The notes under the pieces are model-generated. The model was not told the origin of the DNA. It did no database searches and saw only the letters and a program-made list of their open reading frames with translations. A DNA stretch of 64,000 bases from a virus (taxonomy: Duplodnaviria; Caudoviricetes), in the IMG/VR virus record IMGVR_UViG_3300031994_000035, positions 1-64,000 of that record; one strand, given 5' to 3'. The translations under genes were made by a program, and so were the position numbers. How positions within the stretch are numbered: position 1 is the stretch's first letter; each line of letters starts with the position of its first letter. Positions 1 through 10,301 of this stretch are shown piece after piece.

Positions 1-21
1 AAATGGAAACACGACAACATT

Positions 22-402
22 ATGAAGCGTTGTGAAGTTATTAAAAATGCATTAAATGTCCTGAATTTTGAGGAGTTTGTAAAAGATGAGGACTTAGTGG
101 AATTGATTTATGTTAAACCTATAAAAAATAAAGATATGAAAACGAAAATTAAAGAAATTATTAAGGAGGTAGATAATCTACGTCATTTATTAACATTTTC
201 TCAATTCACAATAGATTTGATTGAAGAATTTAGCGAATCAGTAGAAGAAACTGATGTAAATGAAGAAACTACAGCTGGTGCTATTTGCTATAAGATTGAT
301 ACAGTCCTTGATATTATGAACAAAGACAAACCTGATCATGAGTTTCTTAAAACCTTGTATACAAAGATCAGAGAAAATTATCCAGTACAAAAACAACAGT
401 AA
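22..402 (+). CDS. hypothetical protein
   Basis: 126-aa ORF in a tightly packed + strand array. Confidence 0.6.
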   Translation: MKRCEVIKNALNVLNFEEFVKDEDLVELIYVKPIKNKDMKTKIKEIIKEVDNLRHLLTFSQFTIDLIEEFSESVEETDVNEETTAGAICYKIDTVLDIMNKDKPDHEFLKTLYTKIRENYPVQKQQ

Positions 403-406
403 AATT

Positions 407-928
407 ATGAAAGACATTACATTAGAGGATGTTAAGAAAGCTGAGACAAAGTTATTACCTTGTCCATTTTGCGGAATCAAACCACAGATAATAATTTGTG
501 ACGATGAAGGAAACATAAAAAGAAATCCAGAAGAATACCTTGAAGAACAATGGTCAGGACTTTCTTTTGCTTTGATTCACCCAATGGACAAAGAATATTT
601 TTGTCCAATCACAACAGACAAAGATGATAGTGTTGTTCTTGGTAACTATTTATATAGTTCTCTTGATGAGTTGATTGAAAAATGGAACAAGCGTTTTTCT
701 AAAAAGACAGAAAAATCTTGGTTCGATGATATTTCTGCAATTTATATGAGGTTAAACGAAGAAGACACATATATTCCAATGACTTCGATGTTTGTAAGCA
801 GCCGTCTCAGTTATCTAAAAAATCTCGATTTCGAAGAAGTGGTGAAAAAACTACGTGAAGAATGGAAAGTTTGTTTTGATATGAGATTTGTTTTCAAAAA
901 TGGAAACATAAACGATTATAAAATTTAA
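407..928 (+). CDS. Lar-like (restriction alleviation) Zn-binding protein
   Basis: LLPCPFCG motif and IEKWNKR tail. Start moved to ATG 407 after an AAAATT context. Confidence 0.6.
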   Translation: MKDITLEDVKKAETKLLPCPFCGIKPQIIICDDEGNIKRNPEEYLEEQWSGLSFALIHPMDKEYFCPITTDKDDSVVLGNYLYSSLDELIEKWNKRFSKKTEKSWFDDISAIYMRLNEEDTYIPMTSMFVSSRLSYLKNLDFEEVVKKLREEWKVCFDMRFVFKNGNINDYKI

Positions 929-932
929 AACT

Positions 933-1145
933 ATGGGAAAGGGAAAAGAAAGACTATATCCAGACAAAAAGCAGAACAACTATCAGTACTGCACGTATGC
1001 CGACAATCCAGACAAGGATGTCTTACAAGAATGCATGATGCCTTGGTCAAACAGATGTAAAGGAAATCTGCATATGTGTAAGAAGCTGAAATATCAGTTT
1101 CTTGCATCAGTTCCAGATAAAGAAAAAGAGAAATATTCAAAATAA
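933..1145 (+). CDS. hypothetical Cys-rich protein
   Basis: 70-aa ORF, packed. Confidence 0.55.
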   Translation: MGKGKERLYPDKKQNNYQYCTYADNPDKDVLQECMMPWSNRCKGNLHMCKKLKYQFLASVPDKEKEKYSK

Positions 1146-1160
1146 ATTATTATTTCTACA

Positions 1161-1171
1161 TTGTTTATTAT
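1161..1171 (+). promoter_or_regulatory. TTGTTTATTAT intergenic motif (putative phage promoter), representative copy
   Basis: Same 11-mer at 1161, 3115, 8653, 19009, 26991, 31714, 42057 and 52858, always intergenic. Confidence 0.65.
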
Positions 1172-1186
1172 ATTAAAATTAAAGTT

Positions 1187-1804
1187 ATGGTAACATTAGA
1201 GGAAATTCAGAATTTTAGAAAGAAGTGCATATCTTTTGAGAAGAAAGTACATGAAAGTCATTCTAGTATTGCATCTGAAATCAGAGATGTCATAGAACGA
1301 TGTGATAATGAAATACTACGGAATGAACTTATGGAACTTGGTTATGAAACTATGGAAAATATTAATCGTAGTATCAATGCACATTCTTATAAAGTGGCAT
1401 CTAATTATAGATGGATAAGTGATATCTGTACCATAATTTACTGGTCTGACAAGTGTAAAATGAGTTGGCCTGACAATGATGACATAGTACCAAAACCTGG
1501 AAATTATTATGCGGAACTACGTTTTGGTACAGGTCCATATTTAATAAGTCAACATTATGAAAAAGCAAGACCTTATTTTTCAAAAATGTGGAATGAATTT
1601 CTTTCACTAAATCCAGATGTTACAGATACTCACAATAATGAACTTTTATGGGAAATTCATTCTGAAAACGCTGTTAAAGTTTGGAATACTTGGGAGACTG
1701 TAGTGAAAAAATATATTGACATGTTTAATGATGACATGAAAAAAGATAAAGAAATGCAAATTGCTGAATTGGAGGCAAAAATAGAAGCTATAAAAAAATC
1801 TTAA
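1187..1804 (+). CDS. hypothetical protein
   Basis: 205-aa ORF after the promoter motif. Confidence 0.7.
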   Translation: MVTLEEIQNFRKKCISFEKKVHESHSSIASEIRDVIERCDNEILRNELMELGYETMENINRSINAHSYKVASNYRWISDICTIIYWSDKCKMSWPDNDDIVPKPGNYYAELRFGTGPYLISQHYEKARPYFSKMWNEFLSLNPDVTDTHNNELLWEIHSENAVKVWNTWETVVKKYIDMFNDDMKKDKEMQIAELEAKIEAIKKS

Positions 1805-1814
1805 GATATTGATT

Positions 1815-2018
1815 ATGGATTACAGGACTTTCAAATATGACAAAAAATATTTAGAAAAAGTAGCTGAATGGCACTTGAACAGGACAGGTAAGAAACTTGA
1901 AGTTCTTGATGAATATACCTTTATATACAAAGGTATTGAACGTAGCGAACCTTTGCATGTACCTGCAAATATTTTAGTTCAGCAATATGAAAAAGTTCAA
2001 AAAGAAATTAAAAGTTAA
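1815..2018 (+). CDS. hypothetical protein
   Basis: Small packed ORF. Confidence 0.55.
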   Translation: MDYRTFKYDKKYLEKVAEWHLNRTGKKLEVLDEYTFIYKGIERSEPLHVPANILVQQYEKVQKEIKS

Positions 2019-2039
2019 TATAATTAAAATAAAAATATT

Positions 2040-2810
2040 ATGGAACCATCAAATTTCATAAACCATTCTATTTCCTACCTACTTACGACAGCTTTTAAGA
2101 ATTCTGTCAAAAAGTTGGTATTTGAAAATTCTTGTGATAAAATCGATGGTGTTACAAGAGATGACATTAACAAGATTCATGAAAAAATAGAATCAGGCCA
2201 GAATATGGTAGATTATTCTACTGAAATGCTTGTACTAAAAGATGCTAATATTGTAAATGTCCTGACTTATGTAATAAAATCAGCTTTAGACCATTACTAT
2301 GTAGACAGAGAACAACAAACAATTTATATTGTATGTAGTAAAGCACATTATTTTTATCAGGAAATATATACGTTCTTAAAAGAGGTATTTAAAAATAAAA
2401 TAACAGGAAGAGGTTCAAATCTTGAAGTTGAGGAATTTAAGGTAATCTTTACAGGTTATGATTACAGAGATTTTATAGGAATGAATGTAAATTATCTGAT
2501 TATAGAAGATGATTCTTATGAAGATGTTGAAAAACATAATGCTATCCATAAAATTATAAAAGATGAGTATCCGATAATTTCAGCAAGATATAACGGTGGA
2601 AGAGTTATGCTTGTTGAAAATAAAATGGAATCCACGAGATACCAACTTTTATTAAATAATGCTCTTAGCTATTACGGTTCCGAAGTTGGATGCAATATGA
2701 ATATTAGTTTAGAAAATCCAAATATCGTGCATTGTACAAGTTTTCTTGGAACGATTGACGTACCTGTTGAAGAAATTATTAAAGCATATAAGGAACACTT
2801 AAACAAATAA
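2040..2810 (+). CDS. hypothetical protein, possibly a degenerate terminase-ATPase-like fold
   Basis: FIGMNVNYLIIEDD resembles a Walker B region. No Walker A. Confidence 0.45.
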   Translation: MEPSNFINHSISYLLTTAFKNSVKKLVFENSCDKIDGVTRDDINKIHEKIESGQNMVDYSTEMLVLKDANIVNVLTYVIKSALDHYYVDREQQTIYIVCSKAHYFYQEIYTFLKEVFKNKITGRGSNLEVEEFKVIFTGYDYRDFIGMNVNYLIIEDDSYEDVEKHNAIHKIIKDEYPIISARYNGGRVMLVENKMESTRYQLLLNNALSYYGSEVGCNMNISLENPNIVHCTSFLGTIDVPVEEIIKAYKEHLNK

Positions 2811-2812
2811 TT

Positions 2813-3112
2813 ATGCAAGCAACTTATGATTATGAAACAGGAAAAATTACAAGATATTTCAAATTTGTTGAAATTGGACAACCTTGTAAGCTTACATCTA
2901 CATCAACATTTGTAGGTGATGAAACATGTAAGTCCTGTAAATTTAATCAAGGTACTTTCGAACTTTCATCTAAGTACCGTCATTTTTTTGATAATAATAC
3001 TTGTGAAATGTGTTCTCATCCATATGCAAAAGATTTTGAAGGATGTGGATGTTTTGTAAGTGATTTTAATGAAAAACTTCAACGAGAGGCGTTTAGTTCA
3101 TTTTATGACTAA
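2813..3112 (+). CDS. hypothetical Cys-rich protein
   Basis: 99-aa ORF. Confidence 0.6.
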   Translation: MQATYDYETGKITRYFKFVEIGQPCKLTSTSTFVGDETCKSCKFNQGTFELSSKYRHFFDNNTCEMCSHPYAKDFEGCGCFVSDFNEKLQREAFSSFYD

Positions 3113-3142
3113 CATTGTTTATTATATTTAATTATTAAAATT

Positions 3143-3589
3143 ATGGATCATAAAGATTGGATATCAATAAAAAATAATCCTGTAATATCTGATGACATTA
3201 AAGCGATTCATTGTGATACGAGGGATTTTCATGTACTGTTAAATACTGAACAGCCTAAGGTTGAAAAAGATGTAACATGCAATTATGATGAATGGTGCAA
3301 TCAAGGCTTGTCAAAATTTTATAAAATTGTTAAGAAAACAAACAGATCCGATTTTTCAATTTCAAAAGCCGAAATTGTACCTTGGCTTACAGAACTTTGT
3401 GAGAAATCAGGAGGATTTGAAAAAGATTGGAGACTGCTTATATCTGATGTTGATTATTGTAGAAATTGGGAGATAAAATATATAAGGTTTGTCAGGAATG
3501 TACAATGTCCTGATGAATTCATTGTATGTAACTCATATTTTATGCCAGTTAAATACAAGGATATTATACCTAATTTAAAGAAAGACTAA
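3143..3589 (+). CDS. hypothetical protein
   Basis: 148-aa ORF after the promoter motif. Confidence 0.65.
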   Translation: MDHKDWISIKNNPVISDDIKAIHCDTRDFHVLLNTEQPKVEKDVTCNYDEWCNQGLSKFYKIVKKTNRSDFSISKAEIVPWLTELCEKSGGFEKDWRLLISDVDYCRNWEIKYIRFVRNVQCPDEFIVCNSYFMPVKYKDIIPNLKKD

Positions 3590-3594
3590 TAACT

Positions 3595-3825
3595 ATGAAA
3601 GATATAATTTATAAATTAGATATTCCAGAATGTTCCAACTATACTTTTGAAGTTGGAGAAAAAGGTGTAATCAGAATTGAAGAAGATATTATCCAAACAG
3701 GAACCGCTGATGGTTATAATCCTTCAAAACTGATATATCGAGTTGTTTTTGACAATAATGACACTATTGAAATATCAGCTTCAGTAAGTGGAATTATAAT
3801 CTATAAACGAAAATCTGAAAAATAA
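3595..3825 (+). CDS. hypothetical protein
   Basis: Packed ORF. Confidence 0.6.
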   Translation: MKDIIYKLDIPECSNYTFEVGEKGVIRIEEDIIQTGTADGYNPSKLIYRVVFDNNDTIEISASVSGIIIYKRKSEK

Positions 3826-3832
3826 TAAAACT

Positions 3833-4024
3833 ATGAAAACAATTGTGATTATATGTATCACCATAATGTGTTGGTTGTTTTGTGCATTTTATTTCTTTTG
3901 TTGCTTAGAAGATGATAATGATATTATTTACGACAAACTATCCAAGTTTATTGTTGCAATAATTATTGGTTGGATAACTACTCCAATAATATTAGGTATA
4001 AAACTCGGCAGTCTGAAAAAATAA
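3833..4024 (+). CDS. small membrane protein
   Basis: Two hydrophobic segments. Confidence 0.6.
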   Translation: MKTIVIICITIMCWLFCAFYFFCCLEDDNDIIYDKLSKFIVAIIIGWITTPIILGIKLGSLKK

Positions 4025-4042
4025 TGAAAGGGGAATAGGGCT

Positions 4043-4360
4043 ATGAAAACAGGTAAATTTAACAGTATTGACAAACTTCTCAGTGAACTGAATTTAATTC
4101 CGGGGACAATATTAAATATTGGAGGTGATTCTAACTTTTTTGATTGTTGTCATATTAGCATAAAACCCAATAAAAGCAATATTAAAGAAGGCTGGATAGA
4201 TTCAATTCATGTCTTTCTTGCAGAAAATAGAAGCACTGCCGTAACTTTTTCAATAACGTTAAAATTTGATGTAGAAGGTGCTGAAAGATCAACTATTACT
4301 GTAGACAAGTCATGGATTGATAAAAATGTTAGTGAAATTAATATTTGGAGCTGGAAATAA
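4043..4360 (+). CDS. hypothetical protein
   Basis: 105-aa ORF. Confidence 0.6.
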   Translation: MKTGKFNSIDKLLSELNLIPGTILNIGGDSNFFDCCHISIKPNKSNIKEGWIDSIHVFLAENRSTAVTFSITLKFDVEGAERSTITVDKSWIDKNVSEINIWSWK

Positions 4361-4393
4361 TACTTTGTAAATAACAATTAAATTTTAATAATT

Positions 4394-4654
4394 ATGATAA
4401 CTAAAATTTTAAAACGAATCTATCTGAAACCAAATTCCTATCAAAGAGACTGCATAGAGATATGGCAAACAAGTGAATGCTATGTTATTCCGTACATTTC
4501 ATTTGAAAACATTATGAACATCATTCGCAAAGGTCGTGCTTATGTGAGACTTGGTTGGCTACACTGGAGTGTGGAGTATTTTAAGGATAGTGTCATTTCA
4601 TCAGGATGTGATGATGAAGATTCTCAGACAAATACGACAAGTGAAGAAAATTAG
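4394..4654 (+). CDS. hypothetical protein
   Basis: 86-aa ORF. Confidence 0.55.
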   Translation: MITKILKRIYLKPNSYQRDCIEIWQTSECYVIPYISFENIMNIIRKGRAYVRLGWLHWSVEYFKDSVISSGCDDEDSQTNTTSEEN

Positions 4655-4683
4655 GTATATAAATTGAAAGATAAATTAAAATT

Positions 4684-5175
4684 ATGGACAGAAAAGAAGC
4701 AATAGAAATTGTAAGAAAGAATTTTCCTGACAGTAGTTTCACAATGTTACGTGAAGCATTGGAAACCTTAATTCCAGAGCTCAATGAGGGTAAAGATGAG
4801 AAGATAAGGAAAGCACTCATTGAAAGCTTTAAATTCTTTGTTGATGGCTTTCTTGAAACACCTGAGGTAGGTAAAGATGATAATTTGCTTATTAAAGATA
4901 TTCTTGCTTGGCTTGAAAAACAAGGACTTATTAAAGAACTTGGCGAGTATAAGGTCAAATATACACAAGAAATTTTAGAAAACCACATGAATAATGTAAG
5001 TAATAAAGATGATGAAAGATTAAGAAAGACTACAATCGGTTTTCTTAAAGACTTTGCAGATAAAGGATATGAAAATGCTATAGAGTGTATAGATTGGCTT
5101 GAGAAGCAAGCCAAGCAAAAATCTGAATTTAGTACTGTTGACAGAGACACACCTAATTGGATTGGAAACAAGTAA
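4684..5175 (+). CDS. modular 'WLEKQ' family protein (family B), C-terminally truncated
   Basis: Two WLEKQ modules. N-terminus nearly identical to 61839. An in-frame remnant ending YNDLKKL continues to 5277. Confidence 0.7.
   Translation: MDRKEAIEIVRKNFPDSSFTMLREALETLIPELNEGKDEKIRKALIESFKFFVDGFLETPEVGKDDNLLIKDILAWLEKQGLIKELGEYKVKYTQEILENHMNNVSNKDDERLRKTTIGFLKDFADKGYENAIECIDWLEKQAKQKSEFSTVDRDTPNWIGNK
4927..5109 (+). repeat. 183-bp module duplicated at 23223-23405
   Basis: About 11 mismatches between the copies. Encodes LIKELGEYKVKYTQE...DWLEKQ. Confidence 0.9.
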
Positions 5176-5451
5176 AAATTACAAACACTTAACACACATA
5201 CAATTGAAAGTACTGTAACATATTCTGATGATAAACGCATTTTAAATGAACTTTATAATGATTTGAAAAAACTTTAAGTATATGAAACCAGCAAAAAAGA
5301 AAAAATGGGAAAGAAATTGTTATAACTGTAAACATATGTCAGGATGCAAGATAAAAATATTTGTAGGTGAAAAATGTGATAAATTTGAATTTAGTGCAAC
5401 CTGTAAATCAATATAATCTATAAAGTTGTTTAAAATATAAAATATTTAATT

Positions 5452-5949
5452 ATGGGAACAAGAAATTCGATATATAAACTAGATAAAAAAATTTGGGAGC
5501 ATTATCTTAATTCAAATGATAAAACCGAAATAGATAGTTCATGTGATATTGAAAAATTAGGAGGAAAACTGTTGCAAAGTGATTTCGCCACTGATTTCTT
5601 TTTAACATTGAAAGCTGAAGGAAACCTTAAAAGATTTTGCTTGGAAAAAGCTTCTTATGAATGTGATATATCTGTATATGTTCTTGACAAGGAATTATTT
5701 GAAATTTACCTAAAGAAACTTAAAGTACGTGTTGCGGAACTAATAGACAAAATAGGTAATAATAGTCTAACTGCCAAATATCATAAAGGAATTTTTGAAG
5801 ATCCTATGAATTTTTATTTGAAGATAAGTGATGACCCTGATACGTTATTAAAAAGTACCGATACGTGGTTTGACTGTCTTTATGAATCATTATACATTTA
5901 TAAAACCTTTGACTGGGAAAATTTTGTAATTGTAAGTGTAATTAGCTAA
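5452..5949 (+). CDS. hypothetical protein
   Basis: 165-aa ORF. Confidence 0.65.
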   Translation: MGTRNSIYKLDKKIWEHYLNSNDKTEIDSSCDIEKLGGKLLQSDFATDFFLTLKAEGNLKRFCLEKASYECDISVYVLDKELFEIYLKKLKVRVAELIDKIGNNSLTAKYHKGIFEDPMNFYLKISDDPDTLLKSTDTWFDCLYESLYIYKTFDWENFVIVSVIS

Positions 5950-5958
5950 ATTAAAATT

Positions 5959-6387
5959 ATGGAACTTGAAGAAAAAATAAAATTATTGACTGTTGACTTG
6001 ATGTCAAGAGTGAACTATTGGAATGATTTGAAAGTTGACTACAAAGGCAAGACATATACTTTGTTCGGATATGGAGCTGGGAGAGTGTCATTACTTGCAA
6101 ATCCATTTATGTCAGCTGTAGAAGAAGTTCCTTTGATTGAAGAAGTTAAACCATACTTACGTCCACTTTCAAACATGACGGAAGAAGAAGAAATTGAATT
6201 TTCCAATATTTTCAGTAAGTGGTTTGATAAAGAATTGTTCGTCTTGTCAGAAGAAACTTTTTTGGAATATGCTTTGTCTCAGATAGATTATTCAATTAGT
6301 CATGAATTATTTGATTGGCTCAATGCTCATAATTTTGACTATCGAGGTTTAATTGATAAAGGACTTGCTATTATCGAACTTAAATAA
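5959..6387 (+). CDS. paralog family A protein (YopX-like signature)
   Basis: KPYLRPLSNMTEEE ... DWLNAHNFDYRGLIDKGLAI. Confidence 0.7.
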   Translation: MELEEKIKLLTVDLMSRVNYWNDLKVDYKGKTYTLFGYGAGRVSLLANPFMSAVEEVPLIEEVKPYLRPLSNMTEEEEIEFSNIFSKWFDKELFVLSEETFLEYALSQIDYSISHELFDWLNAHNFDYRGLIDKGLAIIELK

Positions 6388-6399
6388 ACATATATTTTC

Positions 6400-6618
6400 A
6401 TGGAAATAACATTTTCAATACTAGGTCTTATACTTTTACTTTTACTTATATTTGTTTTTAGAGAATTAATTACAGAAATTATTGTTATTTTCTTAATTGC
6501 ATTGTTAATTATGTATGAATGTAGTGATGATTTCAAAAAGAATATTCAAGACATGACAAATGGTATTGAAATTAAACTTGATACATCATCAAATAATAAA
6601 ATTATCAATATAAAGTAA
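6400..6618 (+). CDS. small membrane protein
   Basis: Long hydrophobic N-terminus. Confidence 0.6.
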   Translation: MEITFSILGLILLLLLIFVFRELITEIIVIFLIALLIMYECSDDFKKNIQDMTNGIEIKLDTSSNNKIINIK

Positions 6619-6637
6619 ATTATGTCAAACATATACT

Positions 6638-6946
6638 ATGAAGAAAATCAATTTTAAATCTTTACGATGGAGGGTAACAATTCTATTGTATAGTCTAAAA
6701 GACCGATTGCTATATACTATTCGTAAATTGAGGCAAAAATCCATGATATCCGTTATAGGTGACGGAAGTAGACTTTTATGCAAGTTTCCAAACGAGAATC
6801 CACGTATTGTTGTAATTAAGAGAGTATGGGTTGAATTTGGTCATAATGGTGATTATGATAAGTTTTATATTATGGCGGACACGTCATTGGGAATGTCAAC
6901 ATTAAACGCTATACTTCGACATGCGGAGTATGTAGAAATTTTATAA
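6638..6946 (+). CDS. hypothetical protein
   Basis: 102-aa ORF. Confidence 0.6.
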   Translation: MKKINFKSLRWRVTILLYSLKDRLLYTIRKLRQKSMISVIGDGSRLLCKFPNENPRIVVIKRVWVEFGHNGDYDKFYIMADTSLGMSTLNAILRHAEYVEIL

Positions 6947-7204
6947 ATTGATATTGAGTTTCATTTGAGTAAAAATAAAATAAATTGATATAGGTTATGA
7001 CGAAGAAGTGTAAACTATGCAGGAATTTCAATATATTGTTCAGACCATTTTCATGTGACTTGTGGATAGAGCGACGATTGAAAGAAATGAAGACGAATGA
7101 AGTCAACAAGATAAAGCGTGCAACCAGTTTTGCCACAAATGGGATATAATCTCAATCTATGATAGAGATAAATTGTGGAAGTGAAATGAAACGTAAAACA
7201 TAAA

Positions 7205-7597
7205 ATGATTGAAGTTATGAAATCTTATACCGATTTGAAACAAAGCAAAAAATTGGCTGAAATACTGCCAATTGAAAGTGCGGATATGGAGTATATACTT
7301 GAACAATGGAGAGACGAAGAAACGCATCGTCTCAAGAAAGGATATTCAGAATATCCTGTTGTAAAGGTTGATGATGATGACCAATTTCAAGTAATTACAC
7401 TTCCTTGCTGGAGTCTTGTTGCATTGCTTGCTGTAATAAAGCCAGTCAATGAAAATACATATACTATTAGAGGTACTCTTGACGGAGGTGCAGCTATTTC
7501 ATTTGATGAAGTAACAACGGTAATGTTTCAAGAGGAAGAAATCATTGATGCTGTATTTAAAATGGTGGTTTGGCTAAAAGAAAATAAATTGATATGA
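7205..7597 (+). CDS. paralog family C protein
   Basis: SAD and LPCWSL motifs shared with 27976..28368. Confidence 0.65.
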   Translation: MIEVMKSYTDLKQSKKLAEILPIESADMEYILEQWRDEETHRLKKGYSEYPVVKVDDDDQFQVITLPCWSLVALLAVIKPVNENTYTIRGTLDGGAAISFDEVTTVMFQEEEIIDAVFKMVVWLKENKLI

Positions 7598-7660
7598 AAA
7601 ACAAGAACGAGAAAACAAAGAAATTTCATTAGATTCGACAATAGAAAAGATTTCAGGCTT

Positions 7661-8137
7661 ATGGAACCAGAATTGAAAAGAGCAAAGTTCATTGGTAACA
7701 ACACTAATATGCATGTCTATGGTTTTGATGAAGGTAAAGAATATGCTTGTCGAGACTTTGGACGTGGTATTGAGGTGTATTACGAAGGAACGAAAGGAAC
7801 TTCTCTTGCAATGGGCTATTCAACATTCTCATCTTGTTTCAATGTGATTGGAATGTGGCCAAGCAAAAAATCAACTAAGAAGTCAAATGGCAAAACCCTT
7901 TACAAAGTTGGAGACGTTCTTAAATTCACATATGCTGATGATAAGCACAAGTCAAAAGGATTCATGAAAGTTTCACGAATTACTGAAGAAGCAGGTACAT
8001 TTTACTACTATGATGAAATAAAACAGGTATTCATTGACGAACTTGATGTTGAAGGTAAATTAGAAGGGGACAAATTAATTCAATATAATAAAGAACTAAA
8101 GGAATATTTACGCTTAAAGAAAAAATTTGAATTATGA
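7661..8137 (+). CDS. hypothetical protein
   Basis: 158-aa ORF. Confidence 0.65.
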   Translation: MEPELKRAKFIGNNTNMHVYGFDEGKEYACRDFGRGIEVYYEGTKGTSLAMGYSTFSSCFNVIGMWPSKKSTKKSNGKTLYKVGDVLKFTYADDKHKSKGFMKVSRITEEAGTFYYYDEIKQVFIDELDVEGKLEGDKLIQYNKELKEYLRLKKKFEL

Positions 8138-8601
8138 AAAAGAATAATGAAAAGAAGGGTTTTTATGTAATAACCTCTCCAAAAGATTTTATTGACAGAA
8201 TTGCAATTGCACTTGGACATATTCGTTGTACTAGCCATAAACTTGATTTAAAAGAAGTAATCTATGAAAAAGTTTTAGGTTTGAAATATGTACAAGAGGT
8301 AATATCATTTGATGAACTTAAACAATGCAATGATGTTTCAAAAGAAAATTCTTTGAAGGTTAAAGAACTTCAAGAAAAATATCAAACACCTTGTCATGGT
8401 CACGGAGACTGCGAATTTGAAGTAATGTCAGCAGCTATTGAAATGGCTGAATGGAAAGATGAACAGACTAAGCAGCTTATTATAGAATTTTCAAAATGGC
8501 TTAATGAAAGAGGATTCTTTAAAGAAGATTTACAATGTGACCTCGAGCATCAAGCTAGAACATTCTTAGATAAGAAAGGTTTTAATGGGGCTTACGAGTG
8601 A
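8134..8601 (+). CDS. hypothetical protein
   Basis: EMAEWK motif shared with 24516..24767. Confidence 0.6.
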   Translation: MKKNNEKKGFYVITSPKDFIDRIAIALGHIRCTSHKLDLKEVIYEKVLGLKYVQEVISFDELKQCNDVSKENSLKVKELQEKYQTPCHGHGDCEFEVMSAAIEMAEWKDEQTKQLIIEFSKWLNERGFFKEDLQCDLEHQARTFLDKKGFNGAYE

Positions 8602-8680
8602 ATTTATAAAAATCAATAATGCAAGGCATTTTATCAGAACTATATAAATTCATTGTTTATTATAATTAAAAATTAATGTT

Positions 8681-8971
8681 ATGAAAAAATTATTTATATT
8701 ATTAACAATATTGCTAACAGCAGCCTGTTCAAGTACAAATTCATCAAGTACTAAAATTATTTCAATACCAAATAATTCACCTGTCTATAAAATTAAAGGT
8801 ACTCCAATATACCTTGTAGTTCTTGATTCATGTGAATATTATTATGCAGGATTTGGCAATGGTTTGACGCATAAAGGAAATTGTAAATTTTGTAAACAAC
8901 GTAAGGATAAAGAAAATGAATCTTTGAATAATGAAGATGAATATGATTTTACAATAAAAAGCAGACGATAG
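8681..8971 (+). CDS. putative lipoprotein
   Basis: Signal peptide with LTAAC lipobox; THKGNCKFC motif. Confidence 0.65.
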   Translation: MKKLFILLTILLTAACSSTNSSSTKIISIPNNSPVYKIKGTPIYLVVLDSCEYYYAGFGNGLTHKGNCKFCKQRKDKENESLNNEDEYDFTIKSRR

Positions 8972-8995
8972 AATAACAGTTTAAATTATAAAATT

Positions 8996-9628
8996 ATGCC
9001 TACAAAAGAAAATATAGAATTACTAAGAAGATATGCAGAGCTAAGAGGCGAACTTAATAAATTCGTATACCTTAGAGCTAACGAACGTGGTGACAGATAT
9101 ATTGAATATGCTTTTATACCAGGTGCGCCACATGATAATACTTGCCTGTCTTGGTATAATAAAATACAAGTACATGCTCTTTTAAGAAATGGACATAATA
9201 TTAAAGACTGGAAAGTATCTAAACTGGACGAAATATATTACTTGTCAAAATTTGATTGCGGCAATAGCGAAAATACTGGCGAACATCATTGCTCACCTGG
9301 CCATCCTTGTAAAAAATGTCTTCCTATTCAAGCAAAGAATTGGACTTATGAAGAACCTGTAAAATGTGCCTGTTGGTATTTAAGACGAGTGAATTATACA
9401 AATATTGCAAACTCTTCTGAGATTAAAACTGAAGCAAAAGTTAGAAAAGAATTGTTAGAAGAAAGTAAACAAGAACAGTATAATAAACGTAATGAGCATT
9501 CTGTTTTAAAACAAGATTCTAAGTTAAATATTTTGAAATATATCTTAACATTCATTTTGAAATATAGCTTAGCATTCATTCTCGGCTTTATATTATCAAC
9601 AATATTATTTTTAACCTTAGGTGCTTAA
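8996..9628 (+). CDS. hypothetical protein with C-terminal TM anchor
   Basis: Hydrophobic C-terminus. Confidence 0.6.
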   Translation: MPTKENIELLRRYAELRGELNKFVYLRANERGDRYIEYAFIPGAPHDNTCLSWYNKIQVHALLRNGHNIKDWKVSKLDEIYYLSKFDCGNSENTGEHHCSPGHPCKKCLPIQAKNWTYEEPVKCACWYLRRVNYTNIANSSEIKTEAKVRKELLEESKQEQYNKRNEHSVLKQDSKLNILKYILTFILKYSLAFILGFILSTILFLTLGA

Positions 9629-9631
9629 ATT

Positions 9632-10261
9632 ATGAAAAAAGAAGAATCAATAGGAATAATACTTAATCATTTTCCAAGATCTGTAAAGTTATGGTCTCCG
9701 ATGATAGGAGTTTGTACTTTCGTAGATTTACGAAAAGATGAAGAATCGGGATTTTGTCATATTATTGTTGAAGATGTCAACAAGAACAAGTACTCTTTTG
9801 AAGAGAATGGAAAGTTTACATACTTTGGAGAATGCATGCTATATCCTTCTGAAACGAATCAAAATTGGGAACGTTGGTATGAAACATTATTTGAACCAGG
9901 TGATAAAATCTTATATAATGACAATGTGTATACCTTTGTACGGTATGCAATTAAAGAAGGTGTATTTCTGCTTGGTTCAGATGATTTTGAACATTTTGTA
10001 AATTTTGAATCATTTGAAAAATTTCCGCCTGAAGTCATTTCAAATATTGAATTTACGGAACGGTCTAAGAAAATTCAATTCCTGTCTGATTATTCAATTG
10101 ATATAATAATAACAAATACTAAAACCGGTACACAAAAGATTTCACATGTTTTTGATATCGAGGAACAAGACGCAATTATTAAAAAATACTGTAATGAAAG
10201 TATTAAAAGCCCTGATAATATCAAATACGAGCATATTCCTGATGACAGTCTGCCATTTTAA
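9632..10261 (+). CDS. hypothetical phage protein
   Basis: KLWSPMIG...GECMLYPS motif; ends DDSLPF, an SSB-like tail. Confidence 0.6.
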   Translation: MKKEESIGIILNHFPRSVKLWSPMIGVCTFVDLRKDEESGFCHIIVEDVNKNKYSFEENGKFTYFGECMLYPSETNQNWERWYETLFEPGDKILYNDNVYTFVRYAIKEGVFLLGSDDFEHFVNFESFEKFPPEVISNIEFTERSKKIQFLSDYSIDIIITNTKTGTQKISHVFDIEEQDAIIKKYCNESIKSPDNIKYEHIPDDSLPF

Positions 10262-10301
10262 AATCAGTTATAAATATTTTTGTAACTAATTTATAATAAT
10301 T

